A DNA stretch of 64,000 nt from an uncultured Pseudomonadota bacterium (GTDB lineage Bacteria > Oederibacteriota > Muellerivitia > Muellerivitales > Muellerivitaceae). Each line of letters begins with the position of its first letter. The stretch's first letter is position 1. Shown one piece after another: positions 49,247 to 60,800 of the stretch. The notes beneath the pieces are model-generated. The model worked only from the letters and a program-made list of their open reading frames with translations. It was not told where the DNA came from and ran no database searches. The DNA lies in NCBI GenBank assembly GCA_963836235.1, contig CAWIIP010000001.1:448001-512000 (forward strand). Direction: 5' to 3'. The translations under genes were made by a program, and so were the position numbers.

Positions 49247-50815
49247 TTACAACACTTGTCTGGTATTTCGATAGGCCCGGAAGCAAAAAATAGCAACGAT
49301 AACCCAACAAAGCCGGGGTAACCAGTTTCCCCATCGAGAATAAAGTGTAGGAGAACTATCCGCCAACAGAACATCCGCTTCTAATGTTGTTTCGTCAAAC
49401 AATGTCGTTGAACAAAGAATCTTTCCAAATGGGTTGGTAGCAAGACATACACCGGTGTTAGAAGCCCTTAGGAGCGGTTTTCGTTCTTCGGCAGACCTGA
49501 CCACTGCCATCATGGCATGCTGGTAGGCGGAAGCAGTTCGTCCATACCAGGCATCGTTGCTGATGTTGACCAATGCGTCAGCATTACTTTTAAAAGCCTG
49601 ATAAACATCGCCAGGGAAAATGACTTCATAACAAATCATGGGGGTGTATGAAAACCCAGAAACAGTGAACTTTTTGTATTCCTTTCCAAAATCAAAATTA
49701 CCTAAATCGCCAACAACGGGACCAAGAAAGGTGAGATATTTTTGGAATGGAACGAATTCACCAAAAGGCACTAAATGGCACTTGTGGTAAATGCCATCTG
49801 GTTTCCCTTTCGGTGTGAATTGAATGGCTGCGTTGTAATAATGGGTTCCCCCGCTCTTTTCTTGTGGGGCATCCAGACATCCGACCAGATGGGGTACTTT
49901 TGAATCCCTAACAATCGACTCAACACGGTTTAAGTCTTGGGATGTTCGCAAAAGGTATGAGGGGGCCGCCGTTTCCGGCCAAATTACCAAACTAGGGGTT
50001 AAATTTTTTGTTGTCTGAACAAGTTTTTTTAAACGATTGTAAGTGGCCGTCTCATTCTCCTTACTCCACTTCACGTCCTGGTCAATGCTTGGTTGCAATA
50101 AAACAACCGAACCGACTTTTTTAAGAGGGGTAGATTTTATTGTAAGTTCACCAAAAACGAGCACCACAAACAAAAGAATAAAAGGAAACGCAAAAGATTG
50201 CCATTTGACAGGTTGTGAATTTCCTGAGCTGTCTTTTGAAGATTCCAAAGCCTTAACCGCTAAATGGGCAAGCCAAACGTTGAACCAAACCATCAAGAAG
50301 GTAAGGCCATAAACTCCGGCCCAAGAAGTAAAGGTTAATATGATGGGATATGGAGCTTGGCTATAACCGAGTTCTCCCCATGAAAAACCACCCCATGGGC
50401 GACTTCCCCTAATATATTCCAATGCCACCCAAAGGAAAGGGGCACTCCAAACGCCCCAACCTGATTTCTCCACTAAAATCCTGTACATCCATCCAAATAA
50501 TAAAAAATAAAGGCTCAAATAAAAAACTAAAGCGGCCCAAGCCAATCCGCTTAGTGATTGCGCCGCCTCTAAGAAAGCGATCCAATAGAGAATTCCCCCA
50601 AATTGTACAAATCCGAATACCCAACCAAATAAAGCTCCTTGTCTTGGAGTCGTTTTGTGGAGGGCTATAAAAAAGGGTATTAAGCCAATCCACCCGAATG
50701 GTGCCGTAGAAGGTGTTAGGGTTTTTGCAAGAAAATTTGGAAAAGAAAAGCAGACAAGGAAGCCGCTCAACAGGCACAAAAGGAGCCGGTGAAAAAAGAA
50801 AATGTTAAATTTCAT
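49247..50815 (-). CDS. lnt: Apolipoprotein N-acyltransferase
   Basis: Multiple TM segments; catalytic triad WPET, YHKCHLVPFGE, ICYEVIF; NDAWYG, QH..M, RASNTG. Confidence 0.96.
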   Translation of the reverse strand: MKFNIFFFHRLLLCLLSGFLVCFSFPNFLAKTLTPSTAPFGWIGLIPFFIALHKTTPRQGALFGWVFGFVQFGGILYWIAFLEAAQSLSGLAWAALVFYLSLYFLLFGWMYRILVEKSGWGVWSAPFLWVALEYIRGSRPWGGFSWGELGYSQAPYPIILTFTSWAGVYGLTFLMVWFNVWLAHLAVKALESSKDSSGNSQPVKWQSFAFPFILLFVVLVFGELTIKSTPLKKVGSVVLLQPSIDQDVKWSKENETATYNRLKKLVQTTKNLTPSLVIWPETAAPSYLLRTSQDLNRVESIVRDSKVPHLVGCLDAPQEKSGGTHYYNAAIQFTPKGKPDGIYHKCHLVPFGEFVPFQKYLTFLGPVVGDLGNFDFGKEYKKFTVSGFSYTPMICYEVIFPGDVYQAFKSNADALVNISNDAWYGRTASAYQHAMMAVVRSAEERKPLLRASNTGVCLATNPFGKILCSTTLFDETTLEADVLLADSSPTLYSRWGNWLPRLCWVIVAIFCFRAYRNTRQVL

Positions 50816-50906
50816 TTTTGCAGTATAGCAGTTGGGTCAATAAAATTTCGAACCCACTTGAGTTATGAGAATTCAGAAATTTCGGGGGAAAAAATAAAAC
50901 TCAATT

Positions 50907-51977
50907 TCACTTGGCGGATTTTCGGGGCTTTCCTGTGGATTCGCGGATGATCAATTCAACATCAAACCCACGATGGAGATATTCAATCGGTTTTTTATTC
51001 AAAAAAGCGTGGGCCAAGGAAACCGAGGCTTTCCCCATTTCAAGGAGTGGTTGATGGAGGGTGGTCAAAGAAGGATCGGCTAAACGGGCGACATAGGTGT
51101 CGTCAAACCCGACAATCGACATATCCTCCGGAACGGATTTCCCCCGATGACGGACGGCCTTAATCACCCCTATGGCCATCGTATCGGAAACACAGCAAAT
51201 CGCGGTTAGATCGGGAAAACCTTCCATTAATTCTTTGGCGACTTGGTATCCTGCGTCCATCGTAAAGGCATCGGGTTTTACATGGGAATATCCTACTTGG
51301 TTTTCCTGGTAAGGAATATTGTTATCCCTTAGAGCATCCCGGTAACCCGCCAACCGGTCTTGGCAAATTTTAAGATGTTCCGGACCATTGACGAATCCAA
51401 TTTTTTTGTGCCCAAGAGAAATTAAATAGTTTACCGCTTTATAAATTCCCTTTCTGTCTTCCGCGTGCAAGGTGGGGATTTTTTCCAAAAGATGATTGGG
51501 ACCTTCGATCGAAACTGGCTGGAGAATAATCAATGGGAGTTCTTCCTTTTGGAACCGATCAAGGACGGCATCTTCCATCGGCACCGACAAAGCAATGACT
51601 CCATCAATTCGCCTTTCACCCAATATCCGATCATAAAAATCGTTAAAGTCTTCCAAACTTCCATTGCAATTATAAATTTTCAAATCTACATTGGCGTGTC
51701 GACATTCCATTTCGATACCACGAATGATCTCGTTGTAATAGGGGGAATCAAACATGGTTCCAAAAATTCCAATGGTGTTTGTCCGGGACATCACTAAACT
51801 ACGGGCGGCCACATTGGGGTAATAATTAAATTTTTTAATCGCGGCCATTACCTTTTCACGAGTTTCCGCTGAAATCCTCGGATTTTGGTTGATGACCATC
51901 GAAACGGTAGTGTGGGAGACGCCACAGAATTTAGCTATTTGCTTTAGGGTAGCCCGAGTTTTACTTCCGCTTATCAT
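50907..51977 (-). CDS. LacI-family transcriptional regulator
   Basis: TLKQIAKFCGVSHTTVSMVIN, YYPNVAARSL, VPEDMSIVGFDD, LIIRES. Confidence 0.96.
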   Translation of the reverse strand: MISGSKTRATLKQIAKFCGVSHTTVSMVINQNPRISAETREKVMAAIKKFNYYPNVAARSLVMSRTNTIGIFGTMFDSPYYNEIIRGIEMECRHANVDLKIYNCNGSLEDFNDFYDRILGERRIDGVIALSVPMEDAVLDRFQKEELPLIILQPVSIEGPNHLLEKIPTLHAEDRKGIYKAVNYLISLGHKKIGFVNGPEHLKICQDRLAGYRDALRDNNIPYQENQVGYSHVKPDAFTMDAGYQVAKELMEGFPDLTAICCVSDTMAIGVIKAVRHRGKSVPEDMSIVGFDDTYVARLADPSLTTLHQPLLEMGKASVSLAHAFLNKKPIEYLHRGFDVELIIRESTGKPRKSAK

Positions 51978-52023
51978 ATCGTTTTCATACCTTTTTAATT
52001 ATTTTGACCAGACTAAATAAAAG

Positions 52024-52428
52024 TTACTTGGTTGTTCCAGGTGCAGGTTCAACATTTTTCGAAACACCCGGCACACTTTGCGGCGCGGGATTCACCGGCA
52101 CTTTAGAATTGGGTGCCGATTGCGCGCCTGGAGCAGCAGCTTGAGCTGGCATCGGTGCCGCCTGTTGCTGTTGTTTTTCAATTATGTCCGTAACTGAGCT
52201 CGTTGGCTGTTGGAACCTGGGCAAAGCAGCCATTAACAAACAAAGAGCCATAAAAAAACCGGCCAAAATCGTCGTGAACTTAGTCCAAAAAGATTTTCCA
52301 CTAGTTCCCAAAAGACTTTGTCCTGTACCAGAAAACAACCCCCCCGCCGTTTTGGGTTGTTGAATCAGAACAACCCCTATTAAAAACAATGCGGTCAAAA
52401 CAAAAAGAAGGGTAACGAAGAAACTCAT
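52024..52428 (-). CDS. secG: Preprotein translocase subunit SecG
   Basis: Two TM segments, VLIQQPK..GGLFSG, LLGTSG..FWTKFT; follows tpiA. Confidence 0.88.
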   Translation of the reverse strand: MSFFVTLLFVLTALFLIGVVLIQQPKTAGGLFSGTGQSLLGTSGKSFWTKFTTILAGFFMALCLLMAALPRFQQPTSSVTDIIEKQQQQAAPMPAQAAAPGAQSAPNSKVPVNPAPQSVPGVSKNVEPAPGTTK

Positions 52429-52519
52429 ATAACTCCTTTAAACTGTTTAAGTGTTTTTATTTTAATTGAAACCCAGCCTAATATGCCAACAAAACTTTTC
52501 AACCACAAATGGTTTCCGC

Positions 52520-53272
52520 TTAAAACTGCACGATTGCGGTAAAAGAATCCACTTTTAAACTGGCTCCACCCACTAAAGCACCATCAATATCCGGCTGGGC
52601 CATCAATTGCTTTATATTTTCAGGTTTTACACTCCCCCCATATTGAATACGGATTTTTTCAGCCGCCTCCGAGTTGTACTTTTTGCTTATCAAATTTCGG
52701 ATATAGGCATGTACTTCATTAGCTTGTTCTGGTGTGGCGGTTTTTCCTGTTCCAATCGCCCAAACCGGCTCATAGGCGATTACAATGGAAGACAGGTCGC
52801 CTAACCCGATTCCCTCGAAACATCCATTTAATTGGGATTCAATCACTTTTTCCGTTTTATTCGCTTCCCTCTCCGGCCAAGTTTCCCCCACGCAAACAAT
52901 CGCCCTCATCCCAACGCGAAGCACGCTTTTCAACTTAGCGTTTATTCTTTCGTCCGTATCATTATCAAACTGACGCCTTTCCGAATGTCCTAATATGATG
53001 TATTTAACCCCCTCCGCTTTAAACATCGCAGGGCTCACGTTTCCAGTAAAGGCTCCTTCATGTTCCCAATGAGCGTCCTGGCACCCAACTTGAATACCGG
53101 AAAATCTTAAGACATCCGCAACCGCGGAAACCGCGAGAGCGGTTGGGCAAATTAAAACCTCCCTATCTTTTACATCTTTTAGTTTTTCAATTAGTTGTTT
53201 TGCAAAATCCACGGATTCCTTGACCGTCTTATACATTTTCCAATTACCGGCAATGATGGGAGTACGGAGCAT
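52520..53272 (-). CDS. tpiA: Triosephosphate isomerase
   Basis: AGNWKM, GHSERR, AYEPVWAIGTG, YGGSV, LVGGASL. Confidence 0.98.
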   Translation of the reverse strand: MLRTPIIAGNWKMYKTVKESVDFAKQLIEKLKDVKDREVLICPTALAVSAVADVLRFSGIQVGCQDAHWEHEGAFTGNVSPAMFKAEGVKYIILGHSERRQFDNDTDERINAKLKSVLRVGMRAIVCVGETWPEREANKTEKVIESQLNGCFEGIGLGDLSSIVIAYEPVWAIGTGKTATPEQANEVHAYIRNLISKKYNSEAAEKIRIQYGGSVKPENIKQLMAQPDIDGALVGGASLKVDSFTAIVQF

Positions 53273-53289
53273 TCTAAGATCCTTTCGAG

Positions 53290-54495
53290 TTATTGCTTAT
53301 CTGTCAAAGCTAAAATTCCAGGAAGTTCTTTACCTTCCATAAATTCCAAAGAAGCCCCGCCACCAGTTGAGATATGAGACATTTTGGAAGCCAAACCCAT
53401 TTGGGTTACCGCCGCGACGGAATCCCCGCCGCCCACAATAGTGATGGCTCCTTTTTCGGATGCCTCGGCCAACAACTTGGCAATGGCGAAAGTTCCCTTG
53501 GCAAAAGGTTCCATCTCAAAAACACCCACCGGCCCATTCCAGAAAAGGGTCTTAGCCGGGCGAATAAAATTCGCGTACTTTTCTACCGTTAATGGTCCAA
53601 TATCAACTCCTTCCCATTCCGGAAGAATTCCTCCGCGAGGAACCGTTTTCACGTTAGCCTTGGCGTCAAACTTATCGGCAATCACATGGTCAATCGGCAA
53701 AAGAAGGGGAACATCTGTATCGATGGATTGACCGAGTAATTCTTTGGCCAAATCCATCTTGTCGTTTTCGACAAGGGATTTTCCGATTTCAAATTTTCGG
53801 GCCTTCAAAAAAGTATAGGCCATACCGCCGCCGATAATGAGCACATCCACGATTTTCATCAAATTTTTAATCACATCAATTTTGGATGAAATTTTCGATC
53901 CACCAATAATGGCAACGAAAGGCCGGGCGGGATTCGACAAGGCGCCACCCATGTATTTGATTTCTTTCGTCATCAAAAAACCCGCCGCAGATTGAGAAAG
54001 ATATTTGGTAATTCCTTCGGTCGATGCGTGGGCCCGGTGGGCAGTTCCAAAGGCATCATTGACATAAATATCCGCCAAGGCAGCGAGTTTTTTAGCGAAT
54101 TCGGGATTATTTTTTTCTTCCTCCGAATGAAACCGAACATTTTCCAGAAGGAGAACATCACCACTCTTCATTGCAGAAACTTCCTTTTCTACTTCTGGCC
54201 CGATTGATTCCCTCAAACCCTTTACCGTTTTCTTCAACAATTCCGAAAGCCTATCGGCTACCGGTTTCAAGCGAAGCTTTTCATCAACGCCTTTCGGTCT
54301 TCCTAAATGGGAACAAAGAATGACTTTGGCTCCTTTTTCGATCAAATACTGAATCGTTTTCAAGGACTCTCTGATGCGGGTATCGTCGGTTATTTTCAAG
54401 TTCTCATCCAACGGAACATTGAAATCAACGCGAACTAAAACTCGCTTGCCAGCTGGATTGATGTCCTCAACAGTCAGTTTGTTATAGGAAGCCAT
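53290..54495 (-). CDS. pgk: Phosphoglycerate kinase
   Basis: [49 protein letters not shown]. Confidence 0.98.
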   Translation of the reverse strand: MASYNKLTVEDINPAGKRVLVRVDFNVPLDENLKITDDTRIRESLKTIQYLIEKGAKVILCSHLGRPKGVDEKLRLKPVADRLSELLKKTVKGLRESIGPEVEKEVSAMKSGDVLLLENVRFHSEEEKNNPEFAKKLAALADIYVNDAFGTAHRAHASTEGITKYLSQSAAGFLMTKEIKYMGGALSNPARPFVAIIGGSKISSKIDVIKNLMKIVDVLIIGGGMAYTFLKARKFEIGKSLVENDKMDLAKELLGQSIDTDVPLLLPIDHVIADKFDAKANVKTVPRGGILPEWEGVDIGPLTVEKYANFIRPAKTLFWNGPVGVFEMEPFAKGTFAIAKLLAEASEKGAITIVGGGDSVAAVTQMGLASKMSHISTGGGASLEFMEGKELPGILALTDKQ

Positions 54496-54532
54496 TCTTT
54501 TTCCTTTCGAAAAAAAGCGGTTTAAAATTTCA

Positions 54533-55459
54533 TTACTTGGATTTAGGTTTCAAATCCGTCTTGAATGCTTCGGCAATTGAACTGAGCGCACCTAATGTCC
54601 CAGATGCCTCCAAAGGAAGAAATATTTTAGTGGCTTGTCCATTTGCGACATTACCCAACATTTCCATATACTTTAAGGCCAATAAATCTTGAGTCGGATT
54701 GCCATCGTGGATCGCCTTAAACACCGTGAGAATCGCCTGACTGTCGCCCTCAGCTAAAGCAATTTTCTGGAACTTGTTGGCTGTAGCCACGTTTTGAATC
54801 GCTCCCGCCTCACCTTCGGCTTTCAGGATTGCTGATTGTTTATCTCCCTCGGCGCGCGTAATCGCAGCCTGTTTTACCCCCTCCGCTTCAATAATTGCGG
54901 CGCGCTTGGTCCGTTCGGCTTTCATTTGGGCGCTCATGGCATTAACGATGTCCGCCGGTGGATCAATTTTTTGGATTTCAACCCGGGTGACCTTTACGCC
55001 CCACTTGTCCGTCACTTCGTCCAATACTTCCCTCAGCTGGGTATTAATGCGCTCCCGACTGTTCAAAGTTTCGTCCAACGCCAGCTCTCCGATGGTATTT
55101 CGAAGATTGGTTTGGGCCAATTTCATGGCCGATTGCTCAAAATAAAGCACGTTGTAAGCGACTTTAAAGGGGTCGGTCACGTGGAAATAAATAATCGCGT
55201 CAACGGTCACCACCACGTTGTCTTTGGTGATGACTTCCTGGGGCGGTACGCTAATGAATTGCTCTCGCATATCGACTTTCTTCATTTTTTCAAAAGGGGG
55301 TATTAATATCGTAAGGCCTGAATCAGCCGTTCGCGTATATTTACCGAACCGTTCGATCAATCCCTTTTCATATTGCCTGACGATTCGGACGGCTCGGAAA
55401 GCGTAAAACAAGGCGAAAACAACGAGAACAATAAGGGCTGGCCCTGTGATAATATCCAT
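54533..55459 (-). CDS. SPFH/band-7 (QmcA/paraslipin-like) membrane protein
   Basis: N-terminal [43 protein letters not shown] repeats; ATG at 55459 has an AGGAG RBS. Confidence 0.93.
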   Translation of the reverse strand: MDIITGPALIVLVVFALFYAFRAVRIVRQYEKGLIERFGKYTRTADSGLTILIPPFEKMKKVDMREQFISVPPQEVITKDNVVVTVDAIIYFHVTDPFKVAYNVLYFEQSAMKLAQTNLRNTIGELALDETLNSRERINTQLREVLDEVTDKWGVKVTRVEIQKIDPPADIVNAMSAQMKAERTKRAAIIEAEGVKQAAITRAEGDKQSAILKAEGEAGAIQNVATANKFQKIALAEGDSQAILTVFKAIHDGNPTQDLLALKYMEMLGNVANGQATKIFLPLEASGTLGALSSIAEAFKTDLKPKSK

Positions 55460-55483
55460 GTTCAAACTCCTTTCCATTAACTG

Positions 55484-55909
55484 CTAAATTTTAACGACTA
55501 AAGTATTTCCCTTCACCGCAACCACACTTACTTTTTCATCGACTTTAAGGGGTTTCTGGTCTTGAGATTCCGCCTTCCAGAACTCACCGCCTACTTTCAC
55601 ATAGCCCGTAAAAGAAGCATGGTCATCAACTTTGGTGATTATGCCTGTTTGGGTAATTAAAGCGTCAATATTGGCAGGTCGTTGGATCTTTCCGGACATA
55701 CGGGGAGCCCAGCGGCGGCTTAGCACGACCAAGAGGATGGAAGATCCGGCAAATGTCGTATATTCGATCCAAGCCGTGTTGACCATGAGGCTCAACAGTG
55801 CGGTTACAACGGCACCGGCACCAATCCAAAGGAAAAAAAAAGAAGCGGTTGTTAATTCAAGGATGAAAAAAACAACCGCTGTCGCTATCCACCAAACAAC
55901 TGGATGCAT
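55484..55909 (-). CDS. Short NfeD-family membrane protein
   Basis: Hydrophobic N-half (W..FFILEL..FFFLWIG), OB-fold GYVKVGGEFWKA..V.VVAVKGNTLVV; partner of the SPFH gene. Confidence 0.9.
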   Translation of the reverse strand: MHPVVWWIATAVVFFILELTTASFFFLWIGAGAVVTALLSLMVNTAWIEYTTFAGSSILLVVLSRRWAPRMSGKIQRPANIDALITQTGIITKVDDHASFTGYVKVGGEFWKAESQDQKPLKVDEKVSVVAVKGNTLVVKI

Positions 55910-55927
55910 AGTTCCCCCGAAAAGGCT

Positions 55928-56935
55928 TTAGCCCTTGGAGGCCATATATTCAATCAGGTCAACAACCCGGTTGGAATAGCCCCATTCATTGTCATACCAG
56001 GAAAGCACTTTGACCATGTTCCCACCAGTTACATACGTGGACAAAGAGTCCACGATGGAGGAATGCGGATTGCCCTTGAAGTCAGCCGAAACGAGGGGCT
56101 CGTCGGTCACGTCCAAGTACTTGTCCAACTTCGCACTCTTGGCGGCTTCCTTCAATGCGTTGTTGACGTCATCCTTGGTCACAGTCTTCCCTAGCTCCGC
56201 CACTAAATCCACCACCGAAACCACGGGGGTAGGGACACGAATGGACAATCCATCCAGTTTACCCTTGAGATCCGGCAAGACCAACCCGATGGCCTTGGCT
56301 GCCCCGGTTGAAGTGGGAATCATGTTCAGGCTGGCCGCCCTTGCCCGGCGCAGGTCTTTATGAGGAAAATCTAGTGTGACTTGGTCGTTCGTGAAGCTAT
56401 GAATCGTGGTCATCAAACCCTTCACAATCCCAAACTTGTCGTGTAACACCTTGGCGAAGGGCGCAAGACAGTTCGTTGTGCAGGAAGCGTTGGAAACTAC
56501 ATGGTGGTTCTTGGGATCATACTTATCTTCATTCACCCCTAAAACAATGGTCAAATCCTCACCCGATGCCGGAGCTGAAATGATGACTTTTTTCACAGAA
56601 TCTTTGAGGTGGGCCACTGCCTTGGCTTTATCAGTGAAATGACCGGTCGATTCGACCACAAATTCGGCGCCAACTCCTCCCCAAGGAATCTGAGCTGGGT
56701 CTCTTTGGGCGAAAACCTTAATTTCCTTGCCGTTGACGATCACGGAATTTTCACCCGCTTTAACGTCGGCATGTAGATTACCCAAAACCGAGTCATATTT
56801 AAGAAGATGAGCGAGGGTTTTAGCGTCGGTGAGATCATTGACCGCGACAATGTCTATGTTCTTGTTGCCCATTGATGCGCGGTACACATTGCGTCCAATA
56901 CGGCCAAAACCGTTGATGCCGACCTTGATTGCCAT
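55928..56935 (-). CDS. gap: Glyceraldehyde-3-phosphate dehydrogenase (type I)
   Basis: [35 protein letters not shown]; ATG at 56935 has a GGAGG RBS. Confidence 0.98.
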   Translation of the reverse strand: MAIKVGINGFGRIGRNVYRASMGNKNIDIVAVNDLTDAKTLAHLLKYDSVLGNLHADVKAGENSVIVNGKEIKVFAQRDPAQIPWGGVGAEFVVESTGHFTDKAKAVAHLKDSVKKVIISAPASGEDLTIVLGVNEDKYDPKNHHVVSNASCTTNCLAPFAKVLHDKFGIVKGLMTTIHSFTNDQVTLDFPHKDLRRARAASLNMIPTSTGAAKAIGLVLPDLKGKLDGLSIRVPTPVVSVVDLVAELGKTVTKDDVNNALKEAAKSAKLDKYLDVTDEPLVSADFKGNPHSSIVDSLSTYVTGGNMVKVLSWYDNEWGYSNRVVDLIEYMASKG

Positions 56936-56970
56936 AAAATTCCTCCGAAAAGTGTGGATAAGTGGGGGGT

Positions 56971-56999
56971 AAGCTAGCACAGGGGTTTTCGGGGGTCAA
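56971..56999 (-). promoter_or_regulatory. Putative sigma70 promoter for the gap operon
   Basis: TTGACC-17 nt-TAGCTT. Confidence 0.6.
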
Positions 57000-57110
57000 G
57001 GGTTGTATGGAAGCTAAAAAGCCAATCTTAAGTTTGGAATTTTTAGTTCCAAATGATAGAAATTTGTAGCCAATGAATATGACGATAATTCAAAATTCAT
57101 GACTACAATA

Positions 57111-57869
57111 TTAAAAATTGGCGCTTTGGCGTGGCGTTCTTCCGAAAACAAGGGCTCCCACCCAGACAATACCGGCTTTCTTCAAAACCCTCGCGCATTC
57201 TTCTAATGTAGCTCCCGTTGTAAAAACATCGTCAACTAAGATAGCTTTCTTTATCGACGAACTCTGCTCCAAGGCATTATAAGCTCCCTTCGGATTCTTT
57301 AATCGCTCCGCCCTGTGAAGGGACATCTGGGGTATCGTTGATTTGATCTTTTGGAGGATCGGTCGCATCGGAATCCGGGTTTGAACAGAGATTTCATCCG
57401 CCAAAAGGGCAGCGGGGTTATACCCTCTTTCCCTTTCCCGTTCAGGGCTTAGGGGAACTGGAATCAAGACCTCCACCCCATCCCAGAATGAAGGAATAAC
57501 CGGACGAACCATTCTCCGGGCAATTTCCGTTTTCAAACTTTCCATACCCTCAAATTTGAATCCATGATGGGTTGTCCGTAAAGCACCGTCATAGGGCCCA
57601 AAAGCCCTAACCCGGTCTAAAAAATAGGGCTCATCGCCGCAGTCTTTACATCTTATAAGTACCGCGCCTTCAAATGCTCTCACCGGTAAAGAAATACCGC
57701 AATGCTCGCAAAGGGGATCCTCATAAGATTCCATGGTTTCAAAACAGGACCTGCACAGAATGTTTGATAGGCCGATATCAAAAAACTCACCGCAATGCTC
57801 GCATTTTTTTGGAAAAAATAGATCAACAAAATTGTTTTTAAGGTTTTCGAAAAAGACGTTTTTTAACAT
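57111..57869 (-). CDS. comF: ComF family protein (double zinc ribbon + PRTase)
   Basis: DLFFPKKCEHC, four CxxC motifs, PVPL..RERERGYN, LVDDVFTTGATL. Confidence 0.93.
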   Translation of the reverse strand: MLKNVFFENLKNNFVDLFFPKKCEHCGEFFDIGLSNILCRSCFETMESYEDPLCEHCGISLPVRAFEGAVLIRCKDCGDEPYFLDRVRAFGPYDGALRTTHHGFKFEGMESLKTEIARRMVRPVIPSFWDGVEVLIPVPLSPERERERGYNPAALLADEISVQTRIPMRPILQKIKSTIPQMSLHRAERLKNPKGAYNALEQSSSIKKAILVDDVFTTGATLEECARVLKKAGIVWVGALVFGRTPRQSANF

Positions 57870-60800
57870 TACTTGATAACAGCAACTTTGCTGAATTCTT
57901 GGTGGCCACCCGGCGATTCGGTCGTGATGAGGTAAACCCCGGACGCCACCAGGTTTCCGTTCTTGTTATGGGCGTCCCAACTCGTCCAGTAGATTCCCGG
58001 CTGATAATAGACCTGGTTCACCAGGGGCTCAATAAAGGTCCCATCCAAGGTATAAACCTTGATAGTGACATTCCCCGGCGTGGTCACGACAAACCGGATC
58101 TTCACCAACTGCTCATTGCTGGCGCCAAAGGGCCGGATCGCGTTCCGGTCCAACGCCGTGTTGGGGCTAATGGGGTAACCTGTCACCGGATTGTAGCCGC
58201 TGAGGTGCACCAAATCCTCCGTCACCGCCTCGGAAAGAGGAACCGGAAGGTCAGGCGGATTATCAAAAGCTTGGACCAAATAGGTATAAGGAATTCCGTT
58301 GATCAAGGTTACCGGGTCAAAGTAACTGGCCGAAGCGGTGGGAAGTCCGTTTACAAAAGTCGCCGGAATGGTACCGATATTTTGGTAAACCCCGCCACCG
58401 TCCATGGACCGGGAAATAGAATAGCCTCCTAAGGGATACATGGTTTGGGGATTAAAGGTTTGGTCAGCCCCTCCCCAAGAAAGGGTGTTCCCTATCAGAG
58501 TCTGGGTATCGCTGGTGTTTTGAGTCAATGTGACCGGCGAACCAGTGACGAGAATGGTCGATCCACCCGATTCCGCGGTTTGTACGATTGGGAGAATAGG
58601 CGCCGCCGCAGGCAAGGCTATGGCTGACGCGTAAGCGTTTGAAGTCATACCTTGAGCATCCACCGTGTAAACATGATAAACATAGTAATTTTTGTCTTGA
58701 ACGCCTGTATCGATGAAGTTCGCGCCCTGGTACCTGTTGGCGATAGTTTGAAAAGACGCAGCTGAGGCTGGCCCCAATTTCCGTTGGATGATAACCGTGC
58801 TGTTGGTGACTCCCTCGGAATTCCAGCGTAATTGAACCAAACTATCACTTGAAACCGCAACGAGGTTGGAAACCGGCTTGGGATAAGTATTTTGGCCGAC
58901 GATGTTCGAAAAGGGGCCCAGGATATTATTTTGCGAGCTTGGGGCAATCTCATAAATATAAGAGACGCCATCGGTTAAATTCGACGTGTCGACATAATTA
59001 GTATTCGAGATTGGTTCGACAATTGATCCAATCGGAGCGAAATTCGGGGTTTGGCTGGGGGTCACCCCTGCCCGGTAAATGGCATATCCGGTCACCGGGC
59101 TGGTGGCGGCCACGGTTATGGGCATCCAAAAAAGCTGGTTACTTTCGGCGAGTGGAGTGAGGTAGAGGGTTGGCACCGGAGCGGGGATAAAGCTTTGGGG
59201 CGCGGAAAGGCCGCTATTCCCAGAGGCATTTTGAGCGTCCATCCAGTAGATATATGCCGTTCCCGTAGTGACTGCCGAATCGAAATAATTATTGATTGGC
59301 GGTGTACTGGAGACCAATGGTGTTGGATTGGGTGTCATCGTCGGATAGAGGCTCCGGTAAATATCATACCCGGTAACGTTCACGTTGTTCCCTGTCGGGG
59401 TGGCCCAGGACACCGTCACCGAGGTGGCGTTTCCCGCAAAGGAGAAATTAGTCGGATTGGGCCAAAGGGTGACCCCCCATTGGGCGGAAACCGCCGGGTT
59501 CGAGTTGAGGCCCAATCCATTATTCGCCACTACTTGGTAACTATTCACGTAACCGGGGGCAAACCCCGTATCGGAATAATAAGAAACCGGTGAATTGACC
59601 GACCCTATGGCGACATAAGTCGGGGTGGTGCTGGGCGTTGGAACGCTGAGCCGATTGATGGAATATCCGCCAACGGCATTGGAATAAGTCAGTCCTGTGA
59701 TCCAGACCGCCGGGTAAAAAGCGGGAGTTTGACTGGGAACCGGGGTCACATAGGGCGGCGGAGTTAATCCGATACTGGGCGTCACGGCAGGCGGCACCAA
59801 GACGCTGACGGCCTGGGAAAGGGTGCTGGGCCCGGCCGAGTTATTGGCCACCACTTGGTAAACCGAAAGATTCCCGGGAGTTTCCACGAAACCCACGGAT
59901 AAAGTGGGGCTTGGGGTGACGGTCATGGTGGGTGTTCCATTTTGATAAATCACGTAACTCAGTACATTTTCCTGGCTTGCGTTCCCCGCCCAATAGAGGG
60001 TCGTCTGATTGGCACCAGAAATGGACGTAAGCCCTGAAGGCGCATTGGGCCATATGAGTACGCTTCCCTGAGGATCCGGCGTCAAAACCGAGTAAAGAGG
60101 GCTTTCCGCCGATTGTCCCGACCTAGCTGTTACGCGATAGTAATAACTCACCCCCGCTGTGGCGGTGGGCGGCACATCCATATAGCCGGTAGTTGAAATC
60201 GGAACGGTCGTCACCGGCGTAAAATTGGCGTCAGGTGTCAGAGACCGGTAGATCCCATAAGAATCGATCACCGGGGTAACGGTCAAAGCCGGAACCAGGT
60301 TCCAACTCACCGAAACTTGCTGGGTTCCAGCCGGGATGACGGCAGTGACATTGTAGGCCGGAACCGGGATGCCATTCATTGTCGCTGGCTGGCTATTACC
60401 GACGGCGTTTTGGGCCACTAAGTAATAATTGTTGGCGGTCCAGGGGGTCGGCGTCGGGGCGAATGTAAAGACCCTTGTGGGTGTCCCGGTGGCTGGCGCC
60501 ACCAGGACGGGAGTTGGAGTGTTGCCGCTCACCGTAAGCCAATCCGAGCCATAAACCAGATAATTGGTCACACTATCGGCCCTTGGATTCGCGGCCCAAG
60601 AAAAGAGAATAGATGTGTCCGACCCCGTGAAAGGCAATACCCGGGGTGTTGCCGGAGGATTCGATAATAAAATGGTCGTAACGGGGTTGGAAGAAGCCGG
60701 GTCAGAGGTATTCCCCAAGGCGTCCGCCAAAGCAACCTGATAACCCAGGAGGGTTCCAGGGGTCAATTCGGGGGCAATATCGGTGTAGCTGAGTTGAGTC

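Noticed and set aside
56953-56961. Perfect DnaA box (TTATCCACA) in the gap leader as a sign of oriC
   Set aside because: A single copy with no box cluster or dnaA nearby; one 9-mer match in 64 kb is compatible with chance.
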